Positions 11,990 to 26,514 of a DNA stretch of 64,000 nt are shown here, one piece after another. A program made the position numbers and the translations under genes. Positions within the stretch are counted from its first letter, which is position 1. Every line of letters starts with the position of its first letter. The stretch lies in assembly GCA_951406725.2 (NCBI GenBank), contig OX597836.1:2852001-2916000 (forward strand), in the 5' to 3' direction. Origin of the DNA: Octopus vulgaris (Eukaryota). The notes under the pieces are model-generated. The model saw only the letters and a list, made by a program, of their open reading frames with translations, did not search any database and had not been told where the DNA came from.

Positions 11990-14900
11990 TGTTTGTTGTG
12001 ACAGTATTAATTAAGGTAGTAGCGGTTTTTTCCCCCATTGATTTCTTGATTGTGGCGGCTCCTGTGATGTTATTAATGGTGGTGGTCTGTTCTCATTATA
12101 TATATTTTTCTGATCCGTATTGGTGGCCGTGTTTCGCTTATTTCCTTGCTTTCATTATTACATGTGGCGGTGCTGGCGGTGCTGGCGGGTGTCATGGTGG
12201 TTGTGCTTTTAGTAACGGCGGTATATACCACGTCACTATTTTATGCTGTTGTCGGCTGCTACTTGTGCGGATGATGGCGCTGTTTAAATTTGTACCATCT
12301 TCTAAACAATTATTTCGGCTGTTCTTATCCCTTGATTTAACCCCAGGTCATTCTTGACTTAGCCGAACTATGATCATCGCAAAACAATTAAACAAATGTA
12401 TTGTGGTAATCTTGAACATCAGCGGCTTTTTTTCTCCAGGTGGCCTCTAATACAATTCCGAATTACTTAGCTATTTTTTTTGTGAGAGTATAGAACGAGT
12501 GTCTGATGTTGATGAATGTTTGTTGCTGGCCCTGGGGGTCACATGACCAAACTAACTCTACACGGTTGCATCAGTTTGACATGAAGATAAAGTTGCTGTT
12601 GTTGTTGTTATTGCTGCTCCTGCTGTTTTTCGTGGTGGTGATGACGGTTTTCTTCATTGTCGAGGTGGTGGTGGTGGTGGTGGTGGTGGTTGTGCGGGTG
12701 CTGGTATTGCTGGAGCTGGTTGTGCTGGTGCTGATAGTGGTGGTTGCTACCTTTGTTGGTAATGATGTTGTTGTTAGTGGTGGTGGTGGTGGAGGTGGTG
12801 CGGCGATTGGGGGTGATTCCGTCTCTTTTATTAAGTCTAACTGTGATAGTTTTGGTAGTGTTGTTATTTTTTGTTTTTATTCTTTGTGGTGGGTGTGGCG
12901 GTGGTGGTGGTGGTGGTGGTGTGGTGGTGGTGGTGGTGGTGGTGGTGGTGGTGGTGGTGGTGTTGGATGCGGTGGCGATGGCATTTTGAAAACTGTCTTC
13001 TGCTCTAGCCTCTGGCCGACCAGATACCTCTATGTGGATTTGGTTGACGGAAAGTGAAAGAAGAACGCGTGTCTATGTGTGTGCGCACGCGTGTGTGTAT
13101 ACGTATGTGTGTAAATTTGTGTGTGTCTTTGTGCGTATATGTGTGTGCGTCTTTATATATGTGCGTGTGTGTGTCTTTGTGTCTTAGTTCATTCACTTCT
13201 TTATTCACCGAACTTGCTATGATTAAAGGCATTGTAACTCTCCCGTTCTGCCTGAGAGAACGATGGAATAAATAACAGGATTTATAGCCTAATAAGCATT
13301 GGAGTGGATTCATTGCCCTAAAATTCTTCAAGATGACGATCTAGTATGGCCGCAGTCTAATGCCTTGAACACGTAAATAAAGATAAAATGTCAATCATAC
13401 TCGAAAAAAGCAATAGTCAAATTATTTTCCAGGCTTAACCAACCCGTCATTTTGTAAGTGTGATTGGCCAAAGCCTGGTTCCTTGTTTAATAACTTAAAT
13501 TGCTTGAAAAAAAGGGTGTTTTGACTCCCATATGTATCAGTTCAAAGACTGCTTGGAAGCGCCATCATTAGTTCATAACAGTGCTATTAATGTTGTGGTT
13601 CTTTAACACCAAGTTACTTTTATTGAATGTGACTTAAGATTGTGTGCATTCTAGCTGTGAGCATCGTGTATTTTCCCTCCATATAAGACAATATTATATA
13701 ATGTATCTTTCTTTTGTAAAATACACAAGTAGTGTGCATAACCTAGGGACTGTGTTGGTGCACACACGATGGGGAGATCGTGTTTTCTATTCTTGCGGCA
13801 GGTAATTTTAAGTAAATCTCACATCGTTCTCCGATCTCTATCACACCTGACGTGTGGTACGCGGTGTACCTGTTCAGGTAAAATCGGTTTGATGAACGGA
13901 ATGAGTTAATCCACAGCGTATACATTCGATTACTAGAACCAAATCTCTTGTGCAGATTGTTTAACAAGAAAACGCCATGCCGTCATTCTCGGAATACAAG
14001 AGGCCACCTTCACTAAAAAATGTCTTGAATGTTATGTGGCTGGTATTTCTCGCAAGTCAAGCAACTGCATTGACTTTCCATCGCTCTTACATCAACTAGT
14101 TTTTGTTAATGTTGTTGAATTTGTTGGTGGTGGTCATGAAAGTGATATTAGTAGTGATAATTATGCCGGTGGACGTGGTGGCTACGGGTGGATTGGTAGG
14201 GATAGTTGTAGTAGAGTTTCTTATAGAAGTGGTCATGGCTTTGCTTATGTTTCTGATTGCAGTAAAGCAATGGCAGCTGCGGTAGTGCCGTTAATTGTTG
14301 AAGTTATGTTACTAGCGTTAAAGGTGGTGGTGGTAGTGCTGGTGGTGGTGATGGTGGTGGTGATCCTGGTGCTGGTGGTGATGGTGATGTGGTAGTGGTG
14401 GTGTTAGCGTTGGTGGTAGTAATAAGGGGTGTCTGTCATGGTGGTGTAAGTGGTAGAAGTAGTGATGTTGATGGTGAGGCCAAGGGTGTTTGTGATGGTG
14501 GATGTGTCGATGATGGGTTATAATAATGATAATATTCGAGACGGTGGTAGTGGTGATGGTGGTGGTGTTGGGATGATGATAATGGTAGTGTGGAGAAGGT
14601 GTTGATGGTAGCAATGATGTCGATGGTTACGATGGTAGCGATGATGGCGGTAGTCGTCATGGCGAATATGGTTTTGGCAGTCGTGATGTTGGTGTGGATG
14701 GTGATGATGGTGATGATGGTGATGATGGTGATGATGGTGTTAATGGTGTTGGCTGTCCTGGTGGTGGTGGTGTTAGTGGTGATGGTGGTGGCCATATTGG
14801 AATTCACGATACTTAGAGGTGGTTGTAGCGGCGGCGGTTCTGTGGTCGCAATAGGAATGTATCGTTTACAGGTGAGGGTGTAGACGTGTTTACGATGATT

Positions 14901-15500
14901 GCTATCATTGATATCAAGGTAGAACTCAGCCACAATAAAAACAAAAACAAAACAAAAAACAAATATAAAAAACATTAAAAAAAGAGGGAAGTTGATTGTC
15001 GATGACAAGTGAGAAAAATCGATAGAATCGAGTAACGCTAGGTGGCGTTAACAGCGGCAGAGACGGTGGAGTTTGCAATTGGCGGTGGTAGCTGTGGTAA
15101 TGGGGTGGTGGAGGTGGTTGTGGTGGTGGTGGTGATGGTGGTGGTGGTGGTGGAGGTGGTGGTAGTAGTGGTTGTGGTGGCGGTAGTGGTGGTAGTGGTG
15201 ATGGTGGTGGTGGTAGTGGTCGTCGTCGTCATAGTGGTGGTGGTGGTGGTGTCTGTGGCGGTGGCGGTCGTGGTGATAGTGGTGGTGGTGCTGGTGGTGC
15301 TGGTGGTGCTGGTGATGGAGGGGAGGTAGTGGTTGTGGTGGTGGTGTCTGTGGCGGTGGCGGTCGTGGTGATAGAGGTGGTGGCGATGGTGGTGGTGATA
15401 TTAGTGCCGGTGGGGGTGTTGCCGCTTATGACACTGGTGGTGTTGGGCCGAATGGCTGCTGCGGTATGGATGACGGTGATGGTCCTGTAATGATTTGTAT
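11990..15500 (+). repeat. G/T-skewed low-complexity region rich in (GGT)n/(GAT)n
   Basis: Long GGT/GTG/GAT runs at 12660-12960, 14320-14790 and 15100-15420. Exact 39-bp direct repeat at 15241-15279 and 15336-15374. Confidence 0.85.
12990..13388 (+). mobile_element. SINE family B, old degraded copy
   Basis: tagcctctggccgacc...ggatttggttgacggaaag, a TG tract, and tail agtatggccgcagtctaatg. Confidence 0.65.
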
Positions 15501-15852
15501 TCGTTTCGTTTATTTTGCACGAAATTATACGTTGTTTATTTTTCATAAAATGCTGTGGTTCTTCATTTTTTTTGGTCGTCGTTATTGTTATTATTTTTGC
15601 TGTTGTTGTTGTTGCGCATGTGTTTGAATAATGTTTGATGATACACCGATGTTTTGTTTGTTATTGTTTTTTGTTATTGTTATTTTTGCGTGATGCTGGT
15701 GTCGTAATGCTGTTTGGTTTCCTTGTTTTTTGTATTTGTTTATTCAAGTCGATTTACATGTTATGCTTCTTCTTGTTGTTACATTTCGTTTTTACACATG
15801 GCCACAGTTAATTGATTATGCAGTAGTTAGGCTCTCGTCGCAAATGAAGGAT

Positions 15853-15937
15853 TCATCATCATCGTGGTTGCCATCATCATCATCACCATCATCATCGCCA
15901 CCACCACCATCATCATCATCATCATCATCAGTCGTCG

Positions 15938-16016
<79 letters not shown>

Positions 16017-16057
16017 TATTATCATCACCATCATCATCACCACCACCGTCATCATCA
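15853..16057. repeat. (CAT)n/(CAC)n microsatellite
   Basis: Directly visible. Confidence 0.95.
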
Positions 16058-16089
16058 GAAGCAGCAGCAGATAGAGGCCCATGTAGGTG

Positions 16090-16345
16090 ATGGTCTAGGG
16101 CTTAGGGGCGGGAGACGCCAGATCTTGGGGAAAAAAATAACATTGGTCGTCTTGTTATAGTCGAAGGCTCTTCGTTGACGCCCGACACCACTGGGATGTG
16201 GCCCTCGAAGTCGCTGGAAATGTAGATCTCCAGGTCCAAATTATTGTCCCTCTTGTTGCTCCTCGGATCTGGGAAAAGTGGACTTCCGCTCCCAACCTGC
16301 CAGACGTCTCCCAACCCACAGAGCGGACGCAGTGAAATCACCCAT
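16090..16345 (-). pseudogene. Possible decayed L1/Tx1-like LINE AP-endonuclease fragment
   Basis: GC-rich island. Minus ORF ISLRPLCGL...NLDLEIYISSDFEGHIPVVSGVN resembles the SLNVRGL and D-x-EGR-x-VVLDV motifs; weak. Confidence 0.35.
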
Positions 16346-16961
16346 ACCCGTCTTGTTGCTTAGCAACAACAACAAAAATCATCAGCAGCAGTAGGAGGGT
16401 CAGGGTCGGCGAAAGTGATGGACACATCGAATTTTACAAGTGACACTTTCGATGGGTATGTACAGGGGTGCTGTCTCCAAGCGAATTTATTGAAGGGTTA
16501 GTGAAACTGATATAAATTGCTACAATGAATGGTACCACACTACGTATTGACCTCAGAAGAGAAATTGCAGGGGCTCTTATCCTCCCTAGCGATCATCTCT
16601 CTTGTTCAGAGACATACCATATGGTGGGGTACTTCTAATAGTCCTAGAGATTCTCTTGTAACACGGAGTTCATATCGTTTTCACGTTTTTTAATGATATT
16701 ATGTTAACGGCTTTGTTGTTACTCTACAACGTGTATACCATTTATAATTTTTATAAATCATATTATTCTATGTAAAACGCAACACTGTTCTCCTCATCGT
16801 TCCCTTGCGGCAAAGCATAGGTATCATCATCCCCATCATCATCGTTATTATCATCGTTAATATTACTATTGTTATTATTATTATGTTTTTTCCTTCTTTC
16901 TTCATATTTTCTTCCGTTTCCCGCCGAGTGTTTTCCATACACCTAGGAAGATAAGAAGGGC

Positions 16962-16962
16962 A

Positions 16963-17055
<93 letters not shown>

Positions 17056-17185
17056 TAATTAATATTATTATTATTATTATTATTTTTATTTTTATTATTA
17101 CTATTACTATTACTATTATTATTATTATTATTATTATTACTATTACTATTACTATTACTATTATTATTATCATTATTGTCATTGC

Positions 17186-17260
<75 letters not shown>

Positions 17261-17264
17261 TATT
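16962..17264. repeat. (ATT)n microsatellite
   Basis: Directly visible. Confidence 0.95.
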
Positions 17265-17302
17265 GCAGCGGTGCGCTGGCAGTATTCTTTACACGCCAGT
17301 GT

Positions 17303-17712
17303 CAATGCTTTGCGACATTTCTGCCGGTTTTACGTTCTGAGATCCAACTCTGCAGTCGTCGACTTTGCTTATTTCGGGTCGATGGAATAAGTCCCAGCTG
17401 AGTACTTGAGTCAATGCTGTCCATTAACTTCCTCTCCAACAATTTCAGGCTTTGTCCTTCTCGTATTCTGTGACTTAGGTGTCGGTGTGGGATTATGGAC
17501 GTTGTTGCATGCGGTGGGGGTGATATAATTGTGTGGAGTGGTGTTGGTGATGGTTTGGTGGTGCTTTTATCGGTGCTGGTTTTGCTAGACGAAGTTGTGG
17601 AGATTGAAATGGTGTTACATTTCGATTTTTGTTGCTGATGAGGTTGAGGGCGTTGTTGTATGGTGAGTTTGTTGAGCTTGGTGGTTGTGATGTGTTGCAG
17701 GTTGTTGTCTAG
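17303..17712 (+). repeat. ~410-bp direct duplication, copy 1 (degraded SINE A plus GT-rich flank)
   Basis: Colinear with 20813-21226, e.g. gcgacatttctgccggttttacgttctga and gaagttgtggagattgaaatggt. Confidence 0.85.
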
Positions 17713-18699
17713 GCTTAGTATGAATATTAATCGTCGTTGTTGTTTGTGCGTGTCATCAAGTTTGCGGTGGTTTCGGCGACGAAGGCAGTGTTATGTTTTT
17801 TTTGCTGTTATGTGTTGGTTGTGATGGTTGAGGTTATGCTAATTGTGGTACTTGTAACGTCTGACTTGCTGGCGTTGGTGAAGTTGATATTGTGTTCAAG
17901 TTTTGTAGTGGATAACGAACGTAAATTGTAACAAGAATATCTCAGCACAACTTTGTGATGCTGGCAATGTCGGGGAATATTTTAATTCCATTTCAATTTG
18001 AGAATTAAACATTTAAAAATTTGGAGATTAACCGTGATGAAAGTAGGAGGAAAAACAACGTAAATTGTAAAAGCATTATCTGAAGATTTTATTTTCAGAT
18101 AATGGTATTAAAACTACTTAATAAGCTTTCTTTAATGTTGGCTAAAATGTAATGTGTATGTATATGTATCTTCATACTTAAATGTGAATAAAGATCTTTA
18201 GGAATATCTGTATGTAAATTCATAATGTGTGTGCGAGCTTTTAATGGTATTTTTTTATTGACAGTCCTCAATGGATAATGCATACAAAATTTGAGATCCA
18301 TTTAAAGAAACCCGTTAGCATTAAATTCTACGAATTTGATTATTCCCCTCGTAATGATATTTTGTTTTTAATTATTTCAAGCCATCACTTCGGTCATTGA
18401 AGTGTAGAGCGACGATGCAGTGCATAAGATTCGTCTGTTCCCTAGACGTCATCTTGTCTGGTCATGTTCAACGTTTCGGCTGCAACACAACACTTGCATA
18501 TACAAACGATTAAGGAGGTTAATATTTGTATTTACAACGATAACGTGCTCTTACATCTTATAAACGACTCAACATTAAGTTGGTCAACAAAATTCTCTGA
18601 ATGTTTGGTTAGTCAAAAGCTGTGCAAACGAAAACCGGCGGAATCTAATTACACATACAAAGACAGGGTAATTATCTCATTTTATACATTCTTTTAATA

Positions 18700-19121
18700 T
18701 TTTTACTAGTTTCAGTCATGTGACTGTGACCATGCTGGAGCACAGACTTTAATCGAAAAGATCGACCCCAGGACTTATTCTTCGTAAAGCCTAGTTCTTA
18801 TTCTGTAGGTAAACTTTTGCCGAACCGCTAGTTAACGGGGACGTAAGCACACCAACATCGGCTGCCGAGCGAGTGTAGGGGGGGGGAAACACAGATACAC
18901 ATGCACACACACATGCACACACACACACACACACACAAACACACACAAACACACACACATATATATGATGTGCTTCTTTCTGTTTCCGTCTACCAAACCA
19001 CATCAGAAGGCTTTGGTGGGACCGATGCTATAGAAAAAGACAGTTGCCCAAGGTGCCACGCAGCAGGACTGAACTCGGGACCATATGAGTGGGAAGCTAG
19101 CTTCTCACCACACAGCCACGC
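18700..19121 (-). mobile_element. SINE family B, full length
   Basis: Same head, core and tail as 8733-9148. Confidence 0.85.
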
Positions 19122-19585
19122 TATATAAGATATATATATATATATCTTTTTATATTTTCCGCTTTCCTTGTTCCAGTCATTTGTGTACGGCCATGCAAGG
19201 GCAACACCAAAAACTTTTAGTGAAATGACCCTTTGCAGCAGAATTTTTTACAGCGGGGTATTTATTCTGCGTGTATGTGCAGAATATTTCTTAATATATC
19301 TCGCAATATACCACGCAGTATCATAGACACACAATTCAATATCCTCCCTAATGCAAATATAGCAGCAATATGTACACAAATCCTACTCGATACACAAATA
19401 TTGATACGATAACATATAATACTGGTATTTTGCCGATCTTATAAGTTTCAGCCATGCTTTCTTCAGCGACGAGCGCTTTAGTCTCTTTAATAAGTGCTTC
19501 AAAAGTTTGGCACATGGAGGTGATATATATATCTTAGTCCTCCTACACACACACACATATTTATTGATATATTTATATATAGAGG

Positions 19586-19649
<64 letters not shown>

Positions 19650-19654
<5 letters not shown>

Positions 19655-19865
19655 TATATAGTAAATCTCTAAAAAGGACAACAGGCACAAAACATAACGA
19701 CAATGCGAGGCACGTGGTACATGTAAAGTATTAGCAGACGGTCAGGGAAGGAAAATAAAGATGGTTTAACGTTTCGAGCAACGCTCTGCTTCAGAAACAG
19801 AGGAAAGTCCAATAGAAACGTAGACGGAAGAAAAAATCGCCAACGATTCATATGTGGCTACATTT
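19650..19865 (-). mobile_element. Hammerhead-bearing short repeat, H2-related subfamily
   Basis: Island between (TA)n tracts carrying the hammerhead at 19764-19798. Its 3' end (minus strand) runs into (TA)n. Confidence 0.65.
19764..19798 (-). ncRNA. Minimal hammerhead motif (H2-related)
   Basis: GTTT CTGAAGC A GAGC gtt GCTC GAAAC GTT AAAC: stem I GTTT/AAAC, loopless stem III ACGT, A9 mutated to C. Confidence 0.7.
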
Positions 19866-19874
19866 TGAAATATG

Positions 19875-19961
<87 letters not shown>

Positions 19962-20118
19962 TTCTTTATCTTTCTATCTATCAGTATATCAGGTTACTTT
20001 TGTATCAATCTATAAATGCATTCCTCTGTGTGCCTGTCTGCCTATCAATCTCTTTCTCTGTCACTCAATCAGTCAATCTATCTATCTATTTATCTATCTA
20101 TCAATCTATCTATCTATC

Positions 20119-20156
<38 letters not shown>

Positions 20157-20812
20157 ACTTGTGTGTTGGATTATGTTTCCGTGTGCATATAAATCATAAT
20201 ATTAATCAAATAGAGATTATTAGTTATTACACGCTGAGCCTCTGATATATTATATATAGCAGCTTTCTATTTCCTCAGTTCTTCAAACAAATCGAAGCCA
20301 CCCCTATCCATTTCTTTCCAATCATTTCCTTCATATATGCTATGACTCATCATATATTAATTTAGCCGAATCGTTTGCAAATCTAATAACTGTAAATATT
20401 GATATACAAAAGCACATATCACCTAAATATAACCAGAAGTAAACACACGCTCGGGGAAACATATAAGGCAAAAGTTTACACACACGAATACATGCATACA
20501 AGTCGTTGTATACTATTCCTTACAAATGTAGTCACGTGTGTAGGGAAAATAATTTACTCATTCAGATATTTTCCGTTTTTAAGATTTCCGCCATTGATCC
20601 TACGATTCGCGTTAAAATATTTCCTGTATTATACAGCGAATAATTAGCAAGACTTCAATCAGAGCTGATATGAAATAACCTTAGTTTTAACGGTGAATTG
20701 CGGTAAACAAATGAAAGGGAAGCAACTGAAACATGTTAACAGCACGTTGTGTTAGATGTGAGTCTCTTCGTGGAAGTGGAATGAAAAATATTGCGATGTC
20801 AGCACGCGGTGC

Positions 20813-21226
20813 TCAGCGCTTAGCGACATTTCTGCCGGTTTTACGTTCTGAAAGCCAAACTGAGCCGTCATCGATTTTGATTATTTGATTATTAAGTCCC
20901 AGTTGTGTACTGGAGTCATTGCTGTCGATTAACCTCCTCTACTACAATTTTAAGCCTTGCCCGACTCGTATTCTGTGATTAAGGTGTCAGTGTGGGATTA
21001 CGGACGTTGTTGCTTCCGGTGGTGGTGATATGATTGTCTTTGCATTTGCAGTGGTGTTGATGATGGTTTAGTGGTGTTTTTCTCGGTGCCGGTTTTGCTA
21101 ATCGAAGTTGTGGAGATTGAAATGGTTTTACATTTCGGCTCTTTTTGCTGGTGTTGTTGAGAGCGTTGTTGTATGGTGAAGTTGTTGATCATGGTGGTTG
21201 TGATTAGTTGCAGTTTGTTGTCTAAG
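20813..21226 (+). repeat. ~410-bp direct duplication, copy 2
   Basis: Colinear with 17303-17712. Confidence 0.85.
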
Positions 21227-21974
21227 CGATGTTATTGATAATAAGGTTGCCCACACCGGAAGCGATGCGGTAGCTTCCGCATCACTTTCATTCTCAGCAG
21301 CAAAATTTTCATGGTAAAAATCGGCGGGTGCTTTATTTAATATAATCTTAGATAAATATATTGAGCACAATTGCCACTGGAACTGTTTGTGTTGGTGCTA
21401 ACCTACAAACAAACAATTACTACAAGTTAAGTATCAAATCAAGTTATGTGATATGAAAATAATACGGCAACCATACTTGATATCTACGGCTGGTTTTACA
21501 ACCTGATATTAAGCAGCATTAATCCACCTGCAAGGTGTTACTATGGAGGGAAAATATAATTGCCACTAAATGCTACAAATAGGAGCATAAATGATTTAAT
21601 GCTGGTAATACCTTGCGCATAATTGTTTATATTAATTTTTTGAAAAATATTAGCGATTCGCTAAATCAGCCATTATTTTTTATTGAAAATACATATATGC
21701 TGACTGTCGACTGAACCCGCAAATGGCCGAAAGAGCAGTCTTTACTGACGAGGCCATGGTAATAGCCAAAACTGAACGTTCAGCATTCGGAATACTCAAA
21801 TAGGTGTTTTGGGCGATTACAGTCCCATGAGCATATATGCATATAATTATGTGCTTTTACTACAGCAGTAAAGCATTTTAGCTCTTATTTCTAGCAATGT
21901 ATGTGCCTAGATGCACTTAGTCGCATATAATAAGAATTATATTTTCCGTTTAGAGTAACACATTGCACATTTAC

Positions 21975-22016
<42 letters not shown>

Positions 22017-23294
22017 ATACATACATATACACATACATATATATACACATGAATATATACATATATGTTGTGTGGGGGTTGCGTGTGTGTGTGTGTTAGA
22101 AATTTATTCCTCTTCGTAACCAAAATGTGGGCTTTTTCCCCATAATGATAGGATGGATGCTTCAATGATATTGAAAAACCATCAACTAAAAATATTTCTA
22201 GTATTTTCATCTCGCAGACACATTCCTAGATTCAATAATCTGCACATAGCGGTTCCTTTGAAATTCTACTTTGATAGTTATTTAAGCTCTACGCAGAGAT
22301 AAACATTCTATTATGCAATGTAATTTAAAATTGTTTTCTATTCCTATCAATTTTATATCACCGCATTTGTACGTAGTTGTTGTTTTAGCTTTGTTATTTG
22401 TTTTAGTACGTATGGTTAATGTTTTTCGTAATAAACGTACGACATTAGTTTGTTTTTTGTTTCAGAAGCGTGGTATATTATTTCGAGATATCATTAACTT
22501 TTATGGAACTTTCGTGTGTATCGCAGTCATATCGAGTGTGTTATGAAAACGTTTGGGAAACCAGCGATATTTTGCCATCATGCCATTCTATTTTAGCTAA
22601 ACAGGTATTTTACAGTATTTCGCACGATATAGAAATAGTCTTTTAAAATTTCAAGATTGACTGCTGTACCATAATCCAAACACATTGATTTGTTATTAGA
22701 TATAATTTCCGCTTAGAGAATCACAGCTCTAACATCTTCATGCAACAAACATTTATTCCTTCTACGACACCTGTAGCGAAAGCGACAGGAACATATTAAG
22801 ATTTCACTTCTTTCTTTAAATTAAGTTTATTTATTTTCATTATTAATGTTAATATACTTCTTTTAATTTATATATTCTCTTCGAACTGCACTTAATTTCA
22901 CATTATTCAATAATTTATTTGGGAAACTATATCTGCAATGCCATCAATCTATCATTCGTTTATTATGAAAAGTTTATATAGATTTTGCCGAATGAAATTA
23001 TTAAGCGTTTTGTGAACATTTTCAAAATATTTTTAACATTCTCATTGCAAAGAGTGGAGCACAGTTAAATGTCGGCGATTTCATGAATATCTCAAGTAAG
23101 TTGCTCGTGGAACTTCCAAATTTTAAGACGAAAAAAGAAAATGAGGGGCGGATTTCATTGCAAACGCTGGTATGATAAAACCATTGCACATATTGAAACG
23201 ATGAATCTATAAGTATGCACATGTGAATTAGTTGCTTGCTTTTCGTGATGCGAAGTGTTTGTGGAGTGGGAGGGCGATATATATTTCTGTTAAA

Positions 23295-23526
23295 GCGGCG
23301 AGCTGGCAGAATCGTTAGCACGCCGGGCGAAATGCTTAGCAGTATTTCGTCTGCCGCTACGTTCTGAGTTCAAATTCCGCCGAGGTCAACTTTGCCTTTC
23401 ATCCTTTCGGGGTCGATTAAATATGTACATGTTACGCACTGGGGTCAATATAATCTACTTAATCCGTTTGTCTCTCCTTGTTTGTCCCCTCTGTGCTTAG
23501 CCCCTTCGGGGTAGTAAAGAAATAGG
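23295..23526 (+). mobile_element. SINE family A, full length
   Basis: Near-identical to 5123-5350. Confidence 0.88.
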
Positions 23527-23909
23527 TATTTATTTTTGTATGCTTCATTTTAGATATGTAGCGAAAGAAAAGATGCACAAGTTCTCCTTATAATCTGTGT
23601 TTCAGGTTCTCAGATTCTGATTAGTGCTTAACTATCGTACGTATAGAATACACTGAAAATAGGTAGAGAGGAACACAGTGATGTACAATAAATTGTATAC
23701 ACAGATGGGTAACGCGTATACAATACGCGTTGGTCGCGCTGGGGCTATGGTAGAAAAAACTGAACACAGATGCCGTATAGTGGAACTGTACCCAGCCCAG
23801 AACTTGAGAAAAAATGTCTTCTAGCATACCACGCCTGCTCCTATACACACACAAGCACACCCACACAACAAATATGTATTGTGTGAGTTCGTGTATCTGT
23901 GTGCGTATG

Positions 23910-23993
<84 letters not shown>

Positions 23994-24192
23994 TTTCGGT
24001 AAGTATGTAAAAATGTACCCGTGGTTATGTCTTCGTTTTGAAATATAAAATATTCTTTGCATTCAATTCATGAGATTTTCTTTACCAAGAGCTTTCCACC
24101 TGCCGGTAATATGTGTAAACGAAAGCGTTGCAACATATACGTAATAGTATGAGGTGAATACACACACACACACACACACACATACACACTTG

Positions 24193-24308
<116 letters not shown>

Positions 24309-24472
24309 TGTGTGTGTGTGTGCTTTTTGTATGTGTGAGAAAAGACGCATACATATGTAAATATATATAATACACGTGTATACATACATATACATATATA
24401 CATATATATGTATACATATCTACCTATCTATATATGTATATAGATACATATATATATATATGCGTATATACA

Positions 24473-24522
<50 letters not shown>

Positions 24523-25088
24523 CATATATATATATATGCATGTATGTATATGTGCATAGATCTTACATGCATACATGTGAGATATATTGTTTACGGCTCT
24601 AGCTTTACTCCTGTAGCTTTATTATTGTGTATTTAGAAAATATATAGGTGACCATATAGAACAGCAAGCTGCATTGATCTAATAGATATAAACGTTATTT
24701 CTATGCCGTGAATGTATTTGTGGTTAAATGTGAAAAGTAAAAAAAAAATAAAAAATAAAAAAAAATTAAAATGTTGCAGGTTTATTTTGTTGTGTTATCT
24801 TTGGTATTTGTGAGCATTTTTTTTTTTCATTTTCCATTCTTGATTTTTTTAGTTTTTTTTTCAGTTTTTTTTTTTTCATTTTCCTTGATGTTGGTATATG
24901 AAAGTTGGTGTTTGCATTGGCGCATGATTATATGTTTGTATGTTATGTACTGCTCTATCTGTTCTGTGTTGTACTACGTATATCTTTGCTAATTTTTTTT
25001 GCCCTTCCCCCAGCATCCCCCAACACCTTCTATCTTATTTTAAATCAATCTCACCTGTCTCTCTCTCGTAGCATACAAACTTATACAT

Positions 25089-25126
<38 letters not shown>

Positions 25127-25223
25127 TCATATATGTTTATATACACATACATAAATATATGCATGTGTGTGTTTGTGTGCATGCATTTATAGGTACATAT
25201 AATATATAGATAGCTTTTATAAA

Positions 25224-25265
<42 letters not shown>

Positions 25266-25388
25266 CATGTGTATATGTATGTACATGTTCAGAGACATAT
25301 GCACTATTCATATGTACCTGTAAATTTATATATATATATATATGTATATATACATAGATATATACTTACACACATATATATGCACATG

Positions 25389-25420
<32 letters not shown>

Positions 25421-26214
25421 TTGATATATATATATATATATTTAAGTACATATATATGTAGGTAAGTATATATACATATGTGTGTGCGCGCGCGCGTATG
25501 TGTATAAAGACACAGATGTGTACTGGTGTGAATATATATGTAAACGACTGAATCAGTGTGGTTTTGCTAAACTTACAATAAATGATTGTATGGGACGATT
25601 TAATTACGCTTGCTTGTACATAAAACGTGAATATATACACACATACTTACATACGCACGTACCACCAATTCGGAACACTTATACGTACATACATAAGCGT
25701 GTGTGCGTCAAGTATGATGTTGCGTATATCTCTAAGTATTTCTGTCAGCTTTCAATGCTTGATGCGTGTGAATATATTCGCTTGTTTGCAGTTTATATTA
25801 TGTGCAAAAGAGGACTCTCGTGTCAGTTTAATGGGGGAACTTCTTTCATCTTTCGTTTCAGGGTTCCATCGTAATTTTACACTTTTTTTTTTATGTTGCA
25901 AACGTTCCGTTTACCTTTTGTATGCCTTTTCTTTAATGTTAGATATTGTTAGTTTTTAATATATTTCGTTATTTCCTGTTGATCGTACTTTTCTGTGTAT
26001 ATTCCCAATAGTAATATTGGTTATACGTAAGAAAATATAAACACTGGGGCACATCTATTCACATAATAAAACGCATACGCCCATTAGATATACACATGTG
26101 TATACTGATATATATACATATGTGTGTGTGTGTCATTGTTTACACACACTCATATATATATATATATCTTTTATGTAGATTTACATATGCAAATGATTTC
26201 ATTAATATAGAGTA

Positions 26215-26260
<46 letters not shown>

Positions 26261-26470
26261 GTATGTATGTATATGTCTATATATATATATATATATGTAT
26301 ATATATACGCATGTGGGTGTGTATGTTTTTATGTAATGATAATAATATTCGGAGTGCAATTTTATTTATATATAACAGAAATTTATTTAATTCATTTTAT
26401 TATACTTGAGTGCATACATAAGTGTGTGTTGTTATGTGTGTGTATTTACCGTAATATGCTCAAACATATG

Positions 26471-26514
<44 letters not shown>

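Noticed and set aside
14036-15546. Mucin-like poly-Thr/His/Val ORFs
   Set aside because: Open in several frames on both strands because of GGT/GAT repeats; no splice or signal evidence.
18075-18104. 11-bp-arm hairpin containing CTGAAGA
   Set aside because: An isolated small palindrome with no hammerhead architecture.
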